This document shows positions 1 to 15,794 of a stretch of DNA of 64,000 bases, piece by piece. The stretch's first letter is position 1, and each line of letters begins with the position of its first letter. The stretch lies in the NCBI GenBank assembly GCA_004431415.1, contig QPMI01000709.1, positions 62,001-126,000 of the forward strand, given 5' to 3'. The stretch is from Cyanophora paradoxa CCMP329 (taxonomy: Eukaryota > Plantae > Glaucophyta). The position numbers and the translations under genes are program-made. Under the pieces are notes generated by a model, which saw only the letters and a program-made list of their open reading frames with translations, did no database searches and had not been told where the DNA came from.

Positions 1-1418
1 CGCCCTCCTCCCGCGCCAGCCGCTCCCGCCGCCCCAGCGCCTCCCGCGACGGGCGCCGCCCCTCGGTCTCGCCGGAGCGCCGCCCGTCCGTCTCGGGGGC
101 GAGGGCGCCCCGCCCCGCTCCCGCCGCGGCTCGGCCTCCTCCTCCCCGACGCCCGCTCCCGCATCCCTCGCTGCTGCCGCCGGGGCTCGAGGGGGAGGCG
201 GCGGGGGCGGGCGCCCCGCCGCCCCTCACCGACGAGGAGGCCGCCGAGGCGCTCTTCCGGCGCGCCGTGGCGGCCGCCGAGGCGGCCCTCCAGCCCTTCC
301 TCTCCCGCGTCTCCCGTGCCCTCGCCGCCGGCGGCCCGGGCCTCCGCCTCGTCGCCACGCCCGACGCCCGCCTCGCGGCGCTGCCCCTCGAGGCCCTCGG
401 CCCCTCCGCCTCGTGCGCGCCGTCTCCCGCGACCTCGCCCCGGGCGCCCTCCTCCAGCGCCTCGCCGCCGCCGCCCCCGCCCCGGGCCGCCCCGCCTTCC
501 GCCGCCAGGCCGTCGCCTACGTCGTGGACCCGCGGCAGGAGGACAGCATGCCGCCGGCGCGGGACCCGCCGCTGCGCACGGCGCCGCTGCTCGCGCGGGC
601 CTTCTCGCACGAGCTCCCCGCCAAGTTCCCCTTCGCGAAGGAGTGGCAGGGCCTGGTGGGGCAGAGCGAGCAGGCCCCCGCAGCGGGCGACGTGCAGCGG
701 CTCATGGCCGGCGCCGGCGGCCTCTTCCTCTTCGCAGGCCTCGGCGCCTTCGCCGCCTACTACGGGGCGCGCCACGCGGCGGGGCTCGACCTCTCGCGCG
801 CCGCGGCGCTGCTGCTGGCGGACCGCGCGGAGAACGAGGGCCAGCGGCGCGCGCAGGCGCTCCTCGACCAGCGCCGCTCCGACGTCGAGCGCGCCGCCGA
901 CGCCCCGCGCCCCACCGCGGCCCTCCTCTCGGCCCGGGGCGCCCCCGCCGTCCTCCTCAACTCCTTCGCCACCGTCCCGGACGCGAACCAGGCCCTCCTC
1001 GAGGGCCTCTTCGCGCACCTTGCCGCCGGCTACCCCCTCGCCGACGCCGCCCGGGCCGCCCTCCTGAGCCCCGCCTCGCCGCCCACGCCCTACGCCCAAC
1101 TTGTCGCCAACGCCCTCGCGGCGGCCGCCGCCGCGAAGAAGGCGGCGCAGGAGAAGGAGAAGGCCGCGCAGGCCCCGCCGCCGGCGCCAAGGGCGCCAAG
1201 CTCCCCGCCGCCGCCCCGCCGCCGGCGCCAAGGGCGGCCCCGCCGGCGCGGCCGCCGCGCGCCGGCCGAGCGCCGACGTGGGGGCCGCGGCCGCCGCGGC
1301 GCCGCCCCCGGAGCCGCCGAAGCCGCCGGCGGAGGAGGAGCCGGAGCCGGCCCCGCTGGGCCGCTCCTCCGCCTACTGCGCCGTCGTGTACGGCCTGCCC
1401 CACGTGCAGATGGACTAG
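1..1418 (+). CDS. CFAP46: 3' part of cilia- and flagella-associated protein 46-like (C-terminal CHAT/separase-like domain); 5' end outside window
   Basis: Peptides LAALPLEAL, VRAVSRDL, YVVDP, LFLFAGLG, AALLLADR and terminal AVVYGLPHVQMD* (TAG 1416-1418) resemble the CFAP46 C-terminus. The frame jumps at about 400 and about 1175-1215 in C-runs (likely assembly indels). Confidence 0.6.
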
Positions 1419-1520
1419 GGCCCCGCAGCCGCCCAGCTAGCTAGCCAGCGTCCCGCTTAGTTCGTTTCTTAGCATTAGACGAAAAGAATCAGCCGCTTGT
1501 TGCGCCGATCCGCGCGGGCG

Positions 1521-4500
1521 CTACATGCCGGCGAGGACGAGCCAGGCGGCGTCTGGGTTGGCGTCGGCGATGTGCCGCACCGCGTGCCGCAGCGCCGGCT
1601 GCAGCGCCGCGCTCCGTATGCTCCCGATCTCCGCCAGCAGCGCCTGCGGGGGAGGGGGTTACGCCGGTTCGGGCGGGGCAGGGGCTAAGGCCGCGCGCGG
1701 CGGGGCGCGCCATGTTGGACTTGATGAGGGCGGGCTGCACGCGGGCGACCGTCGCGCAGAGGCAGAGGGCCGCCTCGAGCACGCGCTCGCACTGCTGGTC
1801 CGTCCACCGCTCCTCGCGACCGGCGGCGGCGGCGCCGGGGGGCCCCTTGGGGCGGTCGAGGCGGAGGTCGAGGGAGGCGGGGGCGGCGGGGTGGGCGGCG
1901 AGGGCGCGGGCGATGAGGGGCACGAGGGCGGGGAGCAGCTGCCGCCGCATGCGGTCGGCGAGGAAGTCGCCGCAGCAGACCGCCATCCCCTCCAGCGTCT
2001 CCAGCGCCGCCTCCACCACCCCGGGCCGCCCGTCCTGCAGCCGCGCCAGCACCGCCGGCCACGCGCGCGCCGCGAGGGGCAGCAGGAGCGGGGCCGGGGG
2101 TGGGCGGCGGGGGGAAGCGGGCGGCGAGGGTGCGGGTGGCGAGGGCGAGGCAGGCGAGGGCGAGGCGCGCCACGTCGCGCTGCGCGTGCCCGCACAGCTC
2201 CACCATCCGCTCCGCGATCGTCCCCACCAGCTGCCGCCCCCTCAGCCGCAGGCCCCGGGGCGGGGGCCGGGGCGGGGCGGGGAGGGCGCGCCTTGAGGAG
2301 CGGGGGATCTCCTCGGGCCCTCGTCCTCGGCGGCGGCGGCGGCGGCGGCTCGGGCTCCGCATCCTCGGGCACTACCCCCGGCTCCTCGCGCCGGCTGCGG
2401 GCCGTCAGGGTCCGGACAGACGGCTCGCCACCGGGGGCGGGCGCACGGGGCGGGGTCGCGGCGCGGGGGCCGCAGGAAGTCGAGCTCGGCGACGAGGGAG
2501 CGCTTCCAGTCGGCGAGGGTCGCCGGGGCGGGGCCGCCGCCCGAGCGGGGCGGCTCCGGGGGCAGCGGGGGCGGCGCGGCGTCGCGGTGGAGGGCGAGGA
2601 GGAAGGCGTGGAGCGGGGCCATGTGCGCGCGCAGGAGCTCGGGCGAGGCGGCGGCCGCCCCGTCCACGCAGTCCAGCGAGAGGTCGGCGAGCTCCTCCGA
2701 GGCAGCGTCGAGCGCCGCGTCGGCCCCGGGGCGCCAGACGGAGAGGAAGTAGCGGAGGACGGGGAGGGCGGCGGGGGGCGTCGCGGGGAAGCGCTGGAGG
2801 GCGGAGGCGAGGTGGTCCACGAGGTAGTCGGCGTTGGAGCGGACGAGCAGCTCGACGCCCCCGGGGCCGGCCGCCCGCTGCGCCGCCCGGCTCGCCGCGT
2901 CGGCGACGGCCGGCACCGGGCTGCACGCCTTCTCCATGAGGAGCGGGAGGGCGGCGTAGTGGATGGCGGCGCCCTCGCGGGCCGCCAGCGCCCCCAGCAG
3001 CTCCAGCGCAATCGCAGTCTCCCCGGGCCCCTGCCCCTGCGTCGGCGGCGGAGGGGGGCCGGGCGGGGCGCGGGGCGGGGCGCGGGGCGCGGACGTGGGC
3101 GCCGGCGGAGAGGAGGGCGAGGACCTCGTCGCGGAGGGCGGCGTGGCCCGCCCAGCCGGCCCCCTGCTCCTCCAGCAGCCAGAGGAGCGCCAGGCCGGCC
3201 GCCCCGCCAGCGGCGACTCCCGCGCCCGGAAGACGGGGAGGAGGAGGTCGAGGAGGGACGGCCAGAGCCCCGCCGCCGCCAGGTCGGCGAGGAGGCCCCG
3301 CAGCGCCCCCGCGATCCGCTCGTCCGCGAAGTGCCGGAAGCGGCGCGGCGGGGCCGCCCCCGCCGTCGCCGCCGCCAGCTGCGGCCCCGGTGAGGCCCGG
3401 CGCGGCGCGGGGAGGGGCCGGCCGGCGCGCCTGGAGGCTGCTGGCGGTGGGCCGCACGTCCACGCCGGCGAGCGGCGCGGCGAGGGCGGCGACGGGCGCG
3501 GTGGCCGGCTGCAGCTCCGCGGCCTGCAGCAGCGCGGAGACCACGCGGTCGAGCTGCGCCGCCGCCGCCAGCTGCGCCGCGCCCCCGCGCCGCGACAGCT
3601 CGAGGTACCTGCGCGGGGCGCTCGAGGCCGGGGGGGCGGGAGGGGAAAGGGGGCGAGGGCACCCGCGGAGGGCGAGGAGGGCCTGGAGCTTAGTGCGGTC
3701 GTCGACGGCGGTGCGGAAGGTGCGCGTGACGGCCACCACCGCCGACGCGAGGCCCTCCTCCACCGCCGCCCCCGCCGGCCCCGCCAGCGCCTCCGGGCCC
3801 AGCGCCTCCCGCGCCGCCCCGCGCACATCCTCCTCCTGCCGCGGCGCTGGGCACGGGGGGGCGAGCAAAGAGACGCGCGCGCGCGCGGGCACCTCGTGGG
3901 CGAGGAGGGATGCGAGGACGTGGACGAGGGCGGGGAGAGCCTCGGCGAGGGCCCGCGGGCAAGTCTCCAGCAGCCGCCCCGCGCACCCCGCCGCCGCCTT
4001 CCGCACCTGCGCCGCCGGTCGGCCCGCGGCCGCGCGGTGCGGGGCGGGGGCGGCGCGGAGCGGGGCGAGCGCGCCTCTGGCCGCTCGTGGGCGGCGGCGG
4101 CCTTGAGGGCGCGCTCGAGGAGGGGCCGGAGGCTCGCGGCCGAGGCCCGCAGCCAGTCCTCCGTGACATCGACCGCCGGCAGGGGCGCCTCCGCGGCCTC
4201 CGGGGGCGGCGCGGGGCCGGCGCGGGGCGCGTCGTCGCGGAAGAGGAAGGCGACGAGGTCGGCGAGGACGGAGAGGGCGAGGGCGACCGCCGAGGCGCCG
4301 TGCTTGAAGTCCCCCGCCGCCGCCCGGCACAGCGCGCTCGCCACCCCTGCCGCCTGCGCTCAGTTCCGGGCCGGGGGCGGGCCCCGGGGACGCCCCCTTA
4401 ATCACCTGGGAACATGGGTGCGATGGCGGGCGGGGAGCCGAGGGCTTCCTTGACCGCATCGATCACGTGAAGGGCGGTCCGCACGCGTTCCGCGTCCTTC

Positions 4501-5145
4501 CCGAAAGCGTTCTCGGCCCGCACCACCGATACCGCGGCGGAGAGGAGCGATCCGAGGAGCGGGCGGGCCGCGGGCGCCCTGCAAGGTATCTCAGCGTGCG
4601 GCGCGGGCCGAGACGTTCATCGGGCTACTCACGACAGCTCGGATGCCAGCGCAGGGTGGAAGCGGGCCGCGCAGAGGGTTGCGAGCACGGCGCGCAGGGC
4701 GGCGCCCTGCACGTCCTCGGAGCACAGCTTCTGAACGGGGCTCTGGACCAGGGCCGACGCGCGCATCAGGAACTCGCGAAGGACTTCGGCGCCTCGCACG
4801 GCGCTGCTGCAGGATGCGTTAGCCTCCGTGCAGCGCGCTTCCGGATGCCTCGGGTGCTCACCCGCCGTCCTGCAGGGAGCGCGCGATGAGCGCCAGGCAC
4901 TCCAAGCTCGCCGCGACCGCCTCGGCCGACGAGCTCGTGAAGTCGAGCACTGCTAGCAGCGGGAAGGACGCATACTCCGCGGCGCTGGCGAGCTCGTCCG
5001 GGGACAGCGCCCGTGCAGCGGATTGAACGGCGTCGATGGCGTCGCACAGCGGCGTTTGTGAACGGCCCTGCAGAACGCTCACGACGCCGACGCACGGCCG
5101 CTGGAGCGCGGCGAACGCGCGCCGCGCTGCCTCGCTCGCCCCCAT
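1521..5145 (-). CDS. TTI1: TELO2-interacting protein 1 homolog (TTT complex), multi-exon
   Basis: N-term MGASEAARRAFAALQRPCV..YASFPLL, internal MFPGVASAL, LLVRSNADYLVDHL and CGDFLADRM, and C-term NPDAAWLVLAGM* (TAG 1523-1521) match the HEAT-repeat TTI1 pattern. About 10 introns; one apparent 1-nt indel near 4428. Confidence 0.75.
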
Positions 5146-5218
5146 GCTGCTATCCTAGCATTGTGCGCATGTGAACGAAACGCGAGCGGGTCATCCTAGC
5201 TGCCTTGCCAGCTGCTAG

Positions 5219-8136
<2,918 letters not shown>

Positions 8137-8415
8137 TTGCAGCAGTCATGTTGTTTTTGGAAAGGAATCTCTGCTTGCCATCGTGCGCCACTTCATTTGG
8201 ACACGAACTAAATCACAACGTCCATGCCCTAGTTATAAGCTTAATTATAGAAGTGCGAAATGTATACAACGGCGCCGTTGTCAGTCCATCAGCAAGTCGT
8301 CGATCGGGCCCTGTGTTGCACTCGCAGGACCAAATTGTCGTTTTTGTCCTCGTATCCTCGTGAAAGCATCTTTGACATGTATACTGGATACAGCCGCTTT
8401 GACTAGGCAGCTCAT

Positions 8416-9075
8416 TCACTTGGTCTTGTTCCGCATCCGCCGCCGCAGCTTCCGGTGCTTGTGTTTCCTCATCTTCTTCCGGCGCTTCTTCACGACAGAT
8501 GACATGTTCAGCACAGCCTCCTCCACGCCTTCTGGCAGCGACGGCTGCAGGAGCTGCGTGCCTGCAGGAGAAAGAGCTGGGCTCAGCTGCGACGACGAGT
8601 CCTACGACGACGGATGCGCACCCTCGGCCAATTCGTCGCTCGTGCGCTCAGGCGCCGCGCTGTCCTCTACGTCGCCGACGATGATCGGGGGAGGAAAAAG
8701 AGCCCCGAGGGCACGGTCGAGCGGCGAAGGGGTCGGGTGGCTGGTCGACGGGCTCGGCAGATCGGCAACGTGCACGGCCCACGCCGATGCACGATCCTCA
8801 AACGCCGCCAGGGCGCCGCGGGCCAGCGCAAACGCGGCCAAGCCTGCCGATGCCGCCGCAGAGTCATCGAAGTGACGTGCTCTGCGCCGGAGCGTCGTTG
8901 CCGTTCAGCCAGCAAGGAAACAGAAGGTGCGCGCGCAGGCCACGGGGCGTGGGACGCACAGGCTCGCGTGGGATGCTGGCATCGCTGCAGCCGCCGCCAG
9001 GCGCCTCACGCCGGCCGCGGCTGCGCCGGCCGCTGCCTGGCGGGCCACGGTCGGGAGCCGCAGCAGCGCTAGCAT
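8416..9075 (-). CDS. Mitochondrial small ribosomal subunit protein mS38 (AURKAIP1/COX24 family, DUF1713), 3 exons; missed by the ORF track
   Basis: ATG 9075 gives MLALLRLPTVARQAAAG (presequence-like). After two GT-AG introns it ends LNMSSVVKKRRKKMRKHKHRKLRRRMRNKTK* (TGA 8418-8416), the family signature. Confidence 0.8.
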
Positions 9076-9369
9076 CGCTGGAGGCGCCCGGATGCTGGTG
9101 GGCCGGCCGCCGGCCTAGCTCTGGGGTACAGTCACAAATTCCTTTCGCACGAAGTTCGGCGTTTTCCGAGGCCCTGTGTGCCCACCGAGCAATCAGAATA
9201 CAGTGCACGACCGGGAAAGTTTCGAATAGCATAGCAGCGAGTGCCCGCATCCCCGAGTCCGTGCACCGCATCTTTGCTCCCAGCCCCGCAGCTCGGCCCA
9301 GGACAGCCTCGACCCGCGTGCGCTAGGGTCGGTGAGCCGGCGCGCGACGCGCCTGGCATCGGCTGCGCC

Positions 9370-12300
9370 ATGGGGGACCAGCATATCACATTTCACGGCC
9401 TCGGCGGGACGAAGTACAAGCTTCTTGCCGATGAGCTCTCGCAACTTTTCTCCGAGAAGCAGCTCGCGAACCTCGAGCTCAAGGGAGGAGTTTCGGTCCG
9501 CCCCCTGCGAGCGCACGCCACGTACACGCCCGTTGATCGGCGCTTCAGGGCATCGCTTCGGCGCTGAACGTGAACCCGGAAGCTGGTCTTGCGGCCGACG
9601 AGGGTGATCTTCAGCGACGCCGCGACTGCTACGGCCCCAACAAGCTGCCAGAGCCTCCGCAGACCAGCATACTAACGCTTATATGGGGCGCGTTGCAAGA
9701 CAGAACGCTCATCGTTCTCATCATTGCCGCTGTCGTTTCGACTGTGTTAGAGTGTACTTTTCAGGACCCAAAAACCGGCTGGATCGACGGCACCGCCATC
9801 ATCTTCGCCGTCGTGGTTGTCGTTTCAGGTCTGCCTAGCTAGCCGGGCCCTTCGGCGTGAGCTAATCTTTCTTTTATCAGTTACTGCCATCAACGATTAC
9901 CAGAAGGAGAAGCAGGTTCGCCAGCCTCTCCCTGGCCGGGCCTCTTGCCTGCACATCGCCCTGATGCCCTGCAGTTCCGCGCTTTGAATGCAGTGCGGAA
10001 AGACCACCCCACGAAGGTGCTCCGGGATGAGACACACTCACTCATCTCTGTCTTCGATATCGTTGTACGTGTCACACGGTCTCCCACGTCTCACACCTAG
10101 ATGCGAGCATGACCCTCTCCCCCGCAGGTTGGCGACGTGGTCTGTCTCGAGCCGGGCGACGTCATTCCGGCGTGAGCCTCGATGTTTCTGGTACGTACCG
10201 GATTCAGCTGACGTCTGGCGTACAGGGATGGCTTGTTCATCTCGGGACACGACCTACGAATCGACGAGTCCAGCATGACTGGAGAAAGTGATCCGATCGC
10301 TAAGAGCGCACATGATCCGTTTCTTCTCTCGGGAACCACCGTCGTGGAGGTTCGAAAGAGATGAATCTATCATTCTTCTCAAAGCCGAATGCGCCCTTGA
10401 ACAGGGCGATGGGGAGTATCTTGTCTGTGCCGTTGGAATTCACTCTCAAGTTGGCAAGATCCATGGTCTTCTTGACTCCGAGTCCGACCCAACGCCGCTG
10501 CAAGAGAAGCTTGAGAAGGTCGCAGGCAACATCGGCAAGCTCGGTCTTTACGCCGCAGTCCTCACATTCGTCGCTCTTTTTGTCCGTTTCTGGATGGAAT
10601 TTTGGATCTCGCACAAGAAGTGGGAGAACGCAATGATCCCGGAGATGCTCTCGTTCTTCATCACTGCCATTGTGCGAGCCCTGCGGCTGCGACGTTAGTC
10701 TATTATCTCTTACAGTGCTTCAGGTCGTCCTCGTCGTTGCAGTTCCTGAAGGGCTCCCGCTAGCTGTCACCATCTCATTGGCCTACAGCGTCCGGAAGAT
10801 GCTCATTGACAATGTGCGGCCTCTGCGGATTGCATCTCTCGCGGATGCTTATCCTGCATCAGAACCTCGTTCGCCACTTGGACAGTTGTGAGACGATGGG
10901 TGGTGCGACGTCAATCTGTTCGGACAAGGTGATCTCCTCTCCTGTCCCTTTGACCTTCTGTGTATGAACTCAATGAATGGCCTGGTCTCAGACGGGTACT
11001 TTGACAACAAATCGCATGGCTGTTGCGAAGTGCATGATTGGAGGACCGAATTCGGTTTTTGCGGGACCACCTCCGGCTGGTGTCCTCTCCCCTCGCACTG
11101 TGGAAGCGGTTTCTGTCGGCATTGCTGCCAATTCAACTGCCTGCGTGGAGGTCCTTCTCCGTGGCCCAGCTTCCCTTCTGTGTGCTAACGCCCGGTTCCT
11201 TAGATGGGGCGTGGGGGCGTACCAATTTACATCGGCAACAAGACGGAGTGTGCTCTGCTGTCCTACGGGCAGCTAGTTGGTGGATCATCCTATAAGGAGG
11301 TACCTCCTGGTATTCTTGATGTGAATTCTCTGGCAGCTGTATCTCTGAACTCTGCAAATAGATCCGCAAGCAGCTTCCAGTCATCAAGCGCTTTCCCTTC
11401 TCTTCCGCTCGCAAGATGATGGGCAGTGTGGTCTCGGTAATATATTCAGCTGTCATCTATTTTTTTGTAGTAATAATCTCACCGAATTGCAGAGCAAGAC
11501 GAAGGGGGGGCAACCCCTTATCAGCCTTCATGTGAAAGGAGCTGCCGAGATTGTTCTTGGGATGTGCTCTCATTGCACGGAGAAGGATGGCACTGTCGTC
11601 CCCCTCACGGAAGAGCGACGGGCTCACATCCAGGAGCTCATCAAGGTTTGGCACGTTCATTTTGGCATCATTCTGTATTTGAATATATGGCGCAGGCCAT
11701 GGCTCGCGAGTCGCTGCGCTGCATCTGCCTGGCATGGAAAGAGTACGAGAGCGGCACTGCGCCCGATTTCGCGCATGAAGCAGCAGAAATCCCTTCCGGT
11801 CTTGCTGTTCTCGGAGTGTTTGGCATCAAGGTGATTACTTGTGAAACTGTTGTAGCTAATGCGAGTCAAGTTTGCTTATTTTGCAACATAGGATCCGTTG
11901 CGGCCCGAAGTTCCTGGTGCCGTTCAGATGTGCAAGCAGGCGGGTATCACAGTGCGCATGGTGACTGGTGACAATATCGCGACTGCTCGTGCAATTGCTG
12001 CTGAGTGCGGGATTCTCGACACTTCCGCTACTTCTGAGGACCTGGCAATGGAGGGCCCCGAGTTCCGCAGGCTTGTTCAGGGTTCGTGCACCCTTCTCAA
12101 GACCACTCATCGCAGGTCCTCACTATTCATCAGGAACTATTGAGGATGGTAACGGGCAGTATCGTGTGGTGCATTTGTACCTGTGCCTTGAGATGCTTCA
12201 CGTGCTCATACAGGCGATTTTAGGTGAACATCGAGGAGTTCAAGAAAATCGCTCCTCATCTCAAGGTTCTGGCTCGCTCCTCTCCGGATGACAAGGTGCT

Positions 12301-14031
12301 ACGTGCACGCCTCGATGCGCCTGTGCCATTTTCGTGACATCGTGCTTTAGCATACTCTTGTGTGCGGCCTGCGGGAGCTTGGCGAAGTCGTTGCTGTTAC
12401 AGGCGATGGCACCAATGATGGACCAGCACTGCGTCGCGCTGATGTTGGTTTCTCGATGGGCATCACGGGGACAGAGGTGCATTAATCTATTTTTCGGCTC
12501 GTACTTGGTTTCGTTAGCCATGACTTGGCGCTGCCTGTAGGTTGCCAAGGAAGCCTCCGATATCATTTTGATCGATGACAACTTCTCGTCAATCGTGAAG
12601 GCTGTGATGTGGGGGCGTAACGTGTATGACTCCATCCGCAAGTTCCTGCAGTTCCAGCTCACCATCAACCTCGTCGCCATATCCCTGGCATTCATTGGTG
12701 CTTGCATCACGAAGATGTCTCCTCTCTCTGCGGTCCAGATGCTTTGGGTGAACCTCATCATGGACACCTTTGCTAGTCTTGCTCTTGCAACCGAGCCCCC
12801 CACGGAGGAGCTTCTGCAGCGAAAGCCGTATCAGCGTGATCAGTCTCTGATTTCGCGGTTCATGATGCGGTTCATTGCCGGCCACTTCGTGTGGCAGGTT
12901 GGTGTTAGACTCGTGGGCCACTTCATCATGTGGCTGACTTTTTTGGGCAGCTTTTCGTCTTCCTTGTCATCCTGTTTTACGGAGATGTCATCTTTGGTGT
13001 TGAGAGTGGACAAGGGCAGGAGATGTCCCAGCACTACACAATCCTGTTCAATTGTTTCGTCTGGATGCAGCTCTTCAATCAAATCAATGCCCGTAAGCTT
13101 CGCGGTGAGCAGAACGTGTTTGCTGGCATCACCAGGAACAAGATCTTCGTCATGGTTATGGTTATCGAGGTCCTGGGGCAGGTGCGCCGATCAGCAATCG
13201 AGTTCCCTCCCCCCCCCCCCCCCCCCCCTGCAGAGTCAACAGGCTCGCAGCTTCTCATCGTGTGCTCGGGTGGCCAAGCCTTCAAGACAGTGCCCATCTC
13301 GTTTAAGCACTGGCTGTGCTGCATTGCGATTGGCTCCTCAAGGTGGGCTGCTTGTACTAGAATGCCCTTGAATTTCGAACTCACGTACTCGTTTTTGCAG
13401 CTTGGTTGTGTATCAGTTCCTTCGCTTCATCCCTCTCAATCTCTTCCCGAAGCATGGCTATGAAGAGACCACAGAACCTGCATCTGTCCGAGAGCTTGTC
13501 AATTTCGCCCAGGCCTCTATTGCGGTAAACTCGCTCAACGCCCTTCCGTTGCTTTGCTCGGGCTGATTTGCGCGCCCTTTCTCCCCTCCTCATCCCTCTG
13601 GACCTCGTGCTTGTCGTGCACTCGGCCCTTCCTTCTTCCTTCCCTCTTGGCGCAGGCACTGAAGTTCAATTTGAGGCGGATCTCTACTCGAAGCATGATT
13701 CCTGGGCAGCTGTCAAAGCATGCATCTCGCTCTGCTGTCGACGACCACGGCCTTGATGGAAAAGAAAAGGCGAAAGATGACGATAACCTCCAGAGTGCGG
13801 CACTGCTCATCTTCTCCAATGTGTGTTCCTTCCCTAACTGCTTGCAACAGCCATGGAGGAGGGTGTGGGGCAGGACATGGATGGTGGTGTCCTGGGTGGG
13901 GGAAGTCGTCTCCTCGGTGCCAACAACGCCTCTCTTCGGATAGCAAAGAAGGCGAGCTACCAGGTCCGTTGAACTCGTTGTACTGCACGAGTGTTCACCT
14001 CCGACACCGTCTGCAGAGGATACCCCACTAA
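9370..14031 (+). CDS. P-type IIB (PMCA/ACA-type) calcium-transporting ATPase, multi-exon
   Basis: [31 protein letters not shown] (split by an intron), KGAAE, MVTGDN, GDGTND and [10 protein letters not shown]. The last exons (stop 14029-14031) are inferred from splice signals. Confidence 0.93.
13209..13228. repeat. Poly-C tract (C20) inside a PMCA intron
   Basis: Homopolymer run read directly. Confidence 0.9.
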
Positions 14032-14590
14032 CTGTACTTATCCCTTGAACCTGTAATGTTTTATAGACTGTTGTGTTGTTCATTTGAAGACGTGGGCTAG
14101 CCTGCAGCATCGCTACTTTTGCCTTAACATCTGCACACCTCTGTCACTTCTCTTCAAGGGGTTGCAACATTGTGGAATGGAGTGCAAACCGTGAAGGGGG
14201 CTTCCTTCATGGGCTCGGCCAGCATGGTAAACCTCGAAGGTCTAGGGTGAGGGGTTCTCGTTGAGACTCGGAGGTCTCGCCTAGCCTCAAAGGCGGCGAC
14301 TAGGCAAAAAGTACGATCAGCATATACATGTGATGTGCTACGGTATGCTAGCGGCTACCTAGCTGCACCGGTGACCTCCATAGGCTTCACTTGTGAAGGT
14401 GCGGCCCTATATATCCATTGACAAGAAGAAGAAGTGTATGTATAAGACACCGTGGAACGCCCATGCCAAGCCAGCCGTGCACGTGCGGTTATGATCATGA
14501 CGAAAGGCGAAGGACCTGAAGGCAATATAGATCTAGAGTCGTTGGGTGTCCACATGTATGTCGGCCTACTGGCTTTTCATCGGCCTACTG

Positions 14591-14629
14591 CCCCCCCCCC
14601 CCCCCCCACCCCCCCCCACCCCCCCCCCC
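14591..14629. repeat. Interrupted poly-C tract (G-quadruplex-capable on minus strand)
   Basis: Three C-runs separated by single A, intergenic. Confidence 0.85.
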
Positions 14630-15199
14630 TGGGATTCAACGGTTGGTGGCCCAGGGTCCTATCTTCTCCTGGATACGTATACGTATCTACAATATTAATG
14701 CTAGTGGGTCCCTGATTGACCTTGCAAGCTTAAGCTCCATTCGAATTCGGGGCCTCTAGATCTGCGGTCTTGTCATACCGTAATACCCAGTCTTGCCAGG
14801 TTGCTGGCATGGATCAACCACTCTATCTCTTTCTCGTCCACGTCACGGGGCGCCAATGTCTAAGATCAAAGCCCCTCTCAGAGTCTCGGTGTTGACTGGT
14901 CGAGTCGGATCAATTGCAAAGCCCCTCACCGAGTCAGTTACCGTAGTACGGCCCGGTGGCATTTCATACTCAAAGATAATTGAATGGAGGCACTATTGCC
15001 ATTTCATCTCAAGCATGGGACATCAAGGGGATCAAGGTTGTACTCTTCGGCAAGCTCGTCATTGTGCTTTACTTTTTTGAGGAGCTCTTCCTTATTTAAT
15101 TTTTGGGCAGATTAAATAGTCGCTGATGGCAGGATTGCCTTGCGAGTCACGCATAACCAGTTTGTCGTAGATCTAGAAGCGGTAATAATAATCGAATGC

Positions 15200-15566
15200 G
15201 CAAAAAGCGTCATAGTTATGCTGCAGTGCAGTCGTCATTACTTCCAAAAGATCATTACTCTGAAGCAACACATCGTTCAAAAATAAGATCATATCGAATG
15301 TTGTCGAATGCGAAGAGCTCAGCGGCTGCGCGACGAACCTGTTAATATGTTAACCTCAGTCCATGCAAACGAACCACGGATTCGAACCAGTGCGGCAGAA
15401 TGGAGGAGCAATTGCGCAGGTTCGCAGCGATTAAAAGCGAAGGAATCGATCTCTCGAGCGGAGACGTGTCCACGGCCGTGCTGTTCCAGTAAACGAAAGA
15501 AATGACCAGCTGCAGGGCGACGATTGCGTAGAGGGCGCGGCGTGCACTAAAAAAAAGAAGCCGCAT
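15200..15566 (-). pseudogene. Possible degenerate type II membrane glycosyltransferase fragment (CAP59/GT69-like N-terminus)
   Basis: MRLLFFSARRALYAIVALQLVISFVYW (signal anchor) then LLIAANLRNCSSILPHW, resembling the CAP59-family IAANLxNxxxILPxW motif. I could not find a convincing open continuation. Confidence 0.3.
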
Positions 15567-15794
15567 GTGCGAGAGTGCGCGAGGGCGCTAGCACGGAGGG
15601 CGCTTATGCGCGAAGCACTAAGCAATCGTATCGCGAGTACGCGAGGACGCTGGCGGCTGGGATCGCGAAGCGCCGCGGCGGCCTGGCGGCCCTGGCCGAT
15701 TTGGTGGGTACCACAGAATTTCAAGCGGCGCAGATCGAGTCGGCGCGGATCGAGAGGCCTCCTGCAGGCCTAGGCCGCGCGTGCATCGAGAGCC

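Noticed and set aside
395-1220. Frameshifts in the CFAP46-like gene (about 400, 1175, 1215); similar ones in TTI1 (about 4428) and CSPP1-like (about 53595, 53980) suggesting programmed frameshifting or pseudogenes
   Set aside because: All fall in C/G runs within very GC-rich DNA, single-base fixes restore conserved frames, and there are no slippery heptamers or accumulated stops. Long-read assembly indels are the simplest explanation.
1525-4459. Many long overlapping ORFs (500-700 aa) on both strands, also at 51500-61900
   Set aside because: Stop codons are rare at ~80% GC. The translations are Arg/Pro/Gly/Ala low-complexity shadows of the real spliced genes.
14428-14450. TGTATAAGAC resembling a Tn5/Nextera mosaic end
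   Set aside because: Only a partial match to AGATGTGTATAAGAGACAG, with no other adapter or transposase evidence.
14100-15200. Possible ncRNA, tRNA or transposon ORF in the intergenic region (small hairpins near 14263-14305)
   Set aside because: No cloverleaf, snRNA/snoRNA boxes or transposase/RT motifs were recognisable; hairpins this short are expected by chance.
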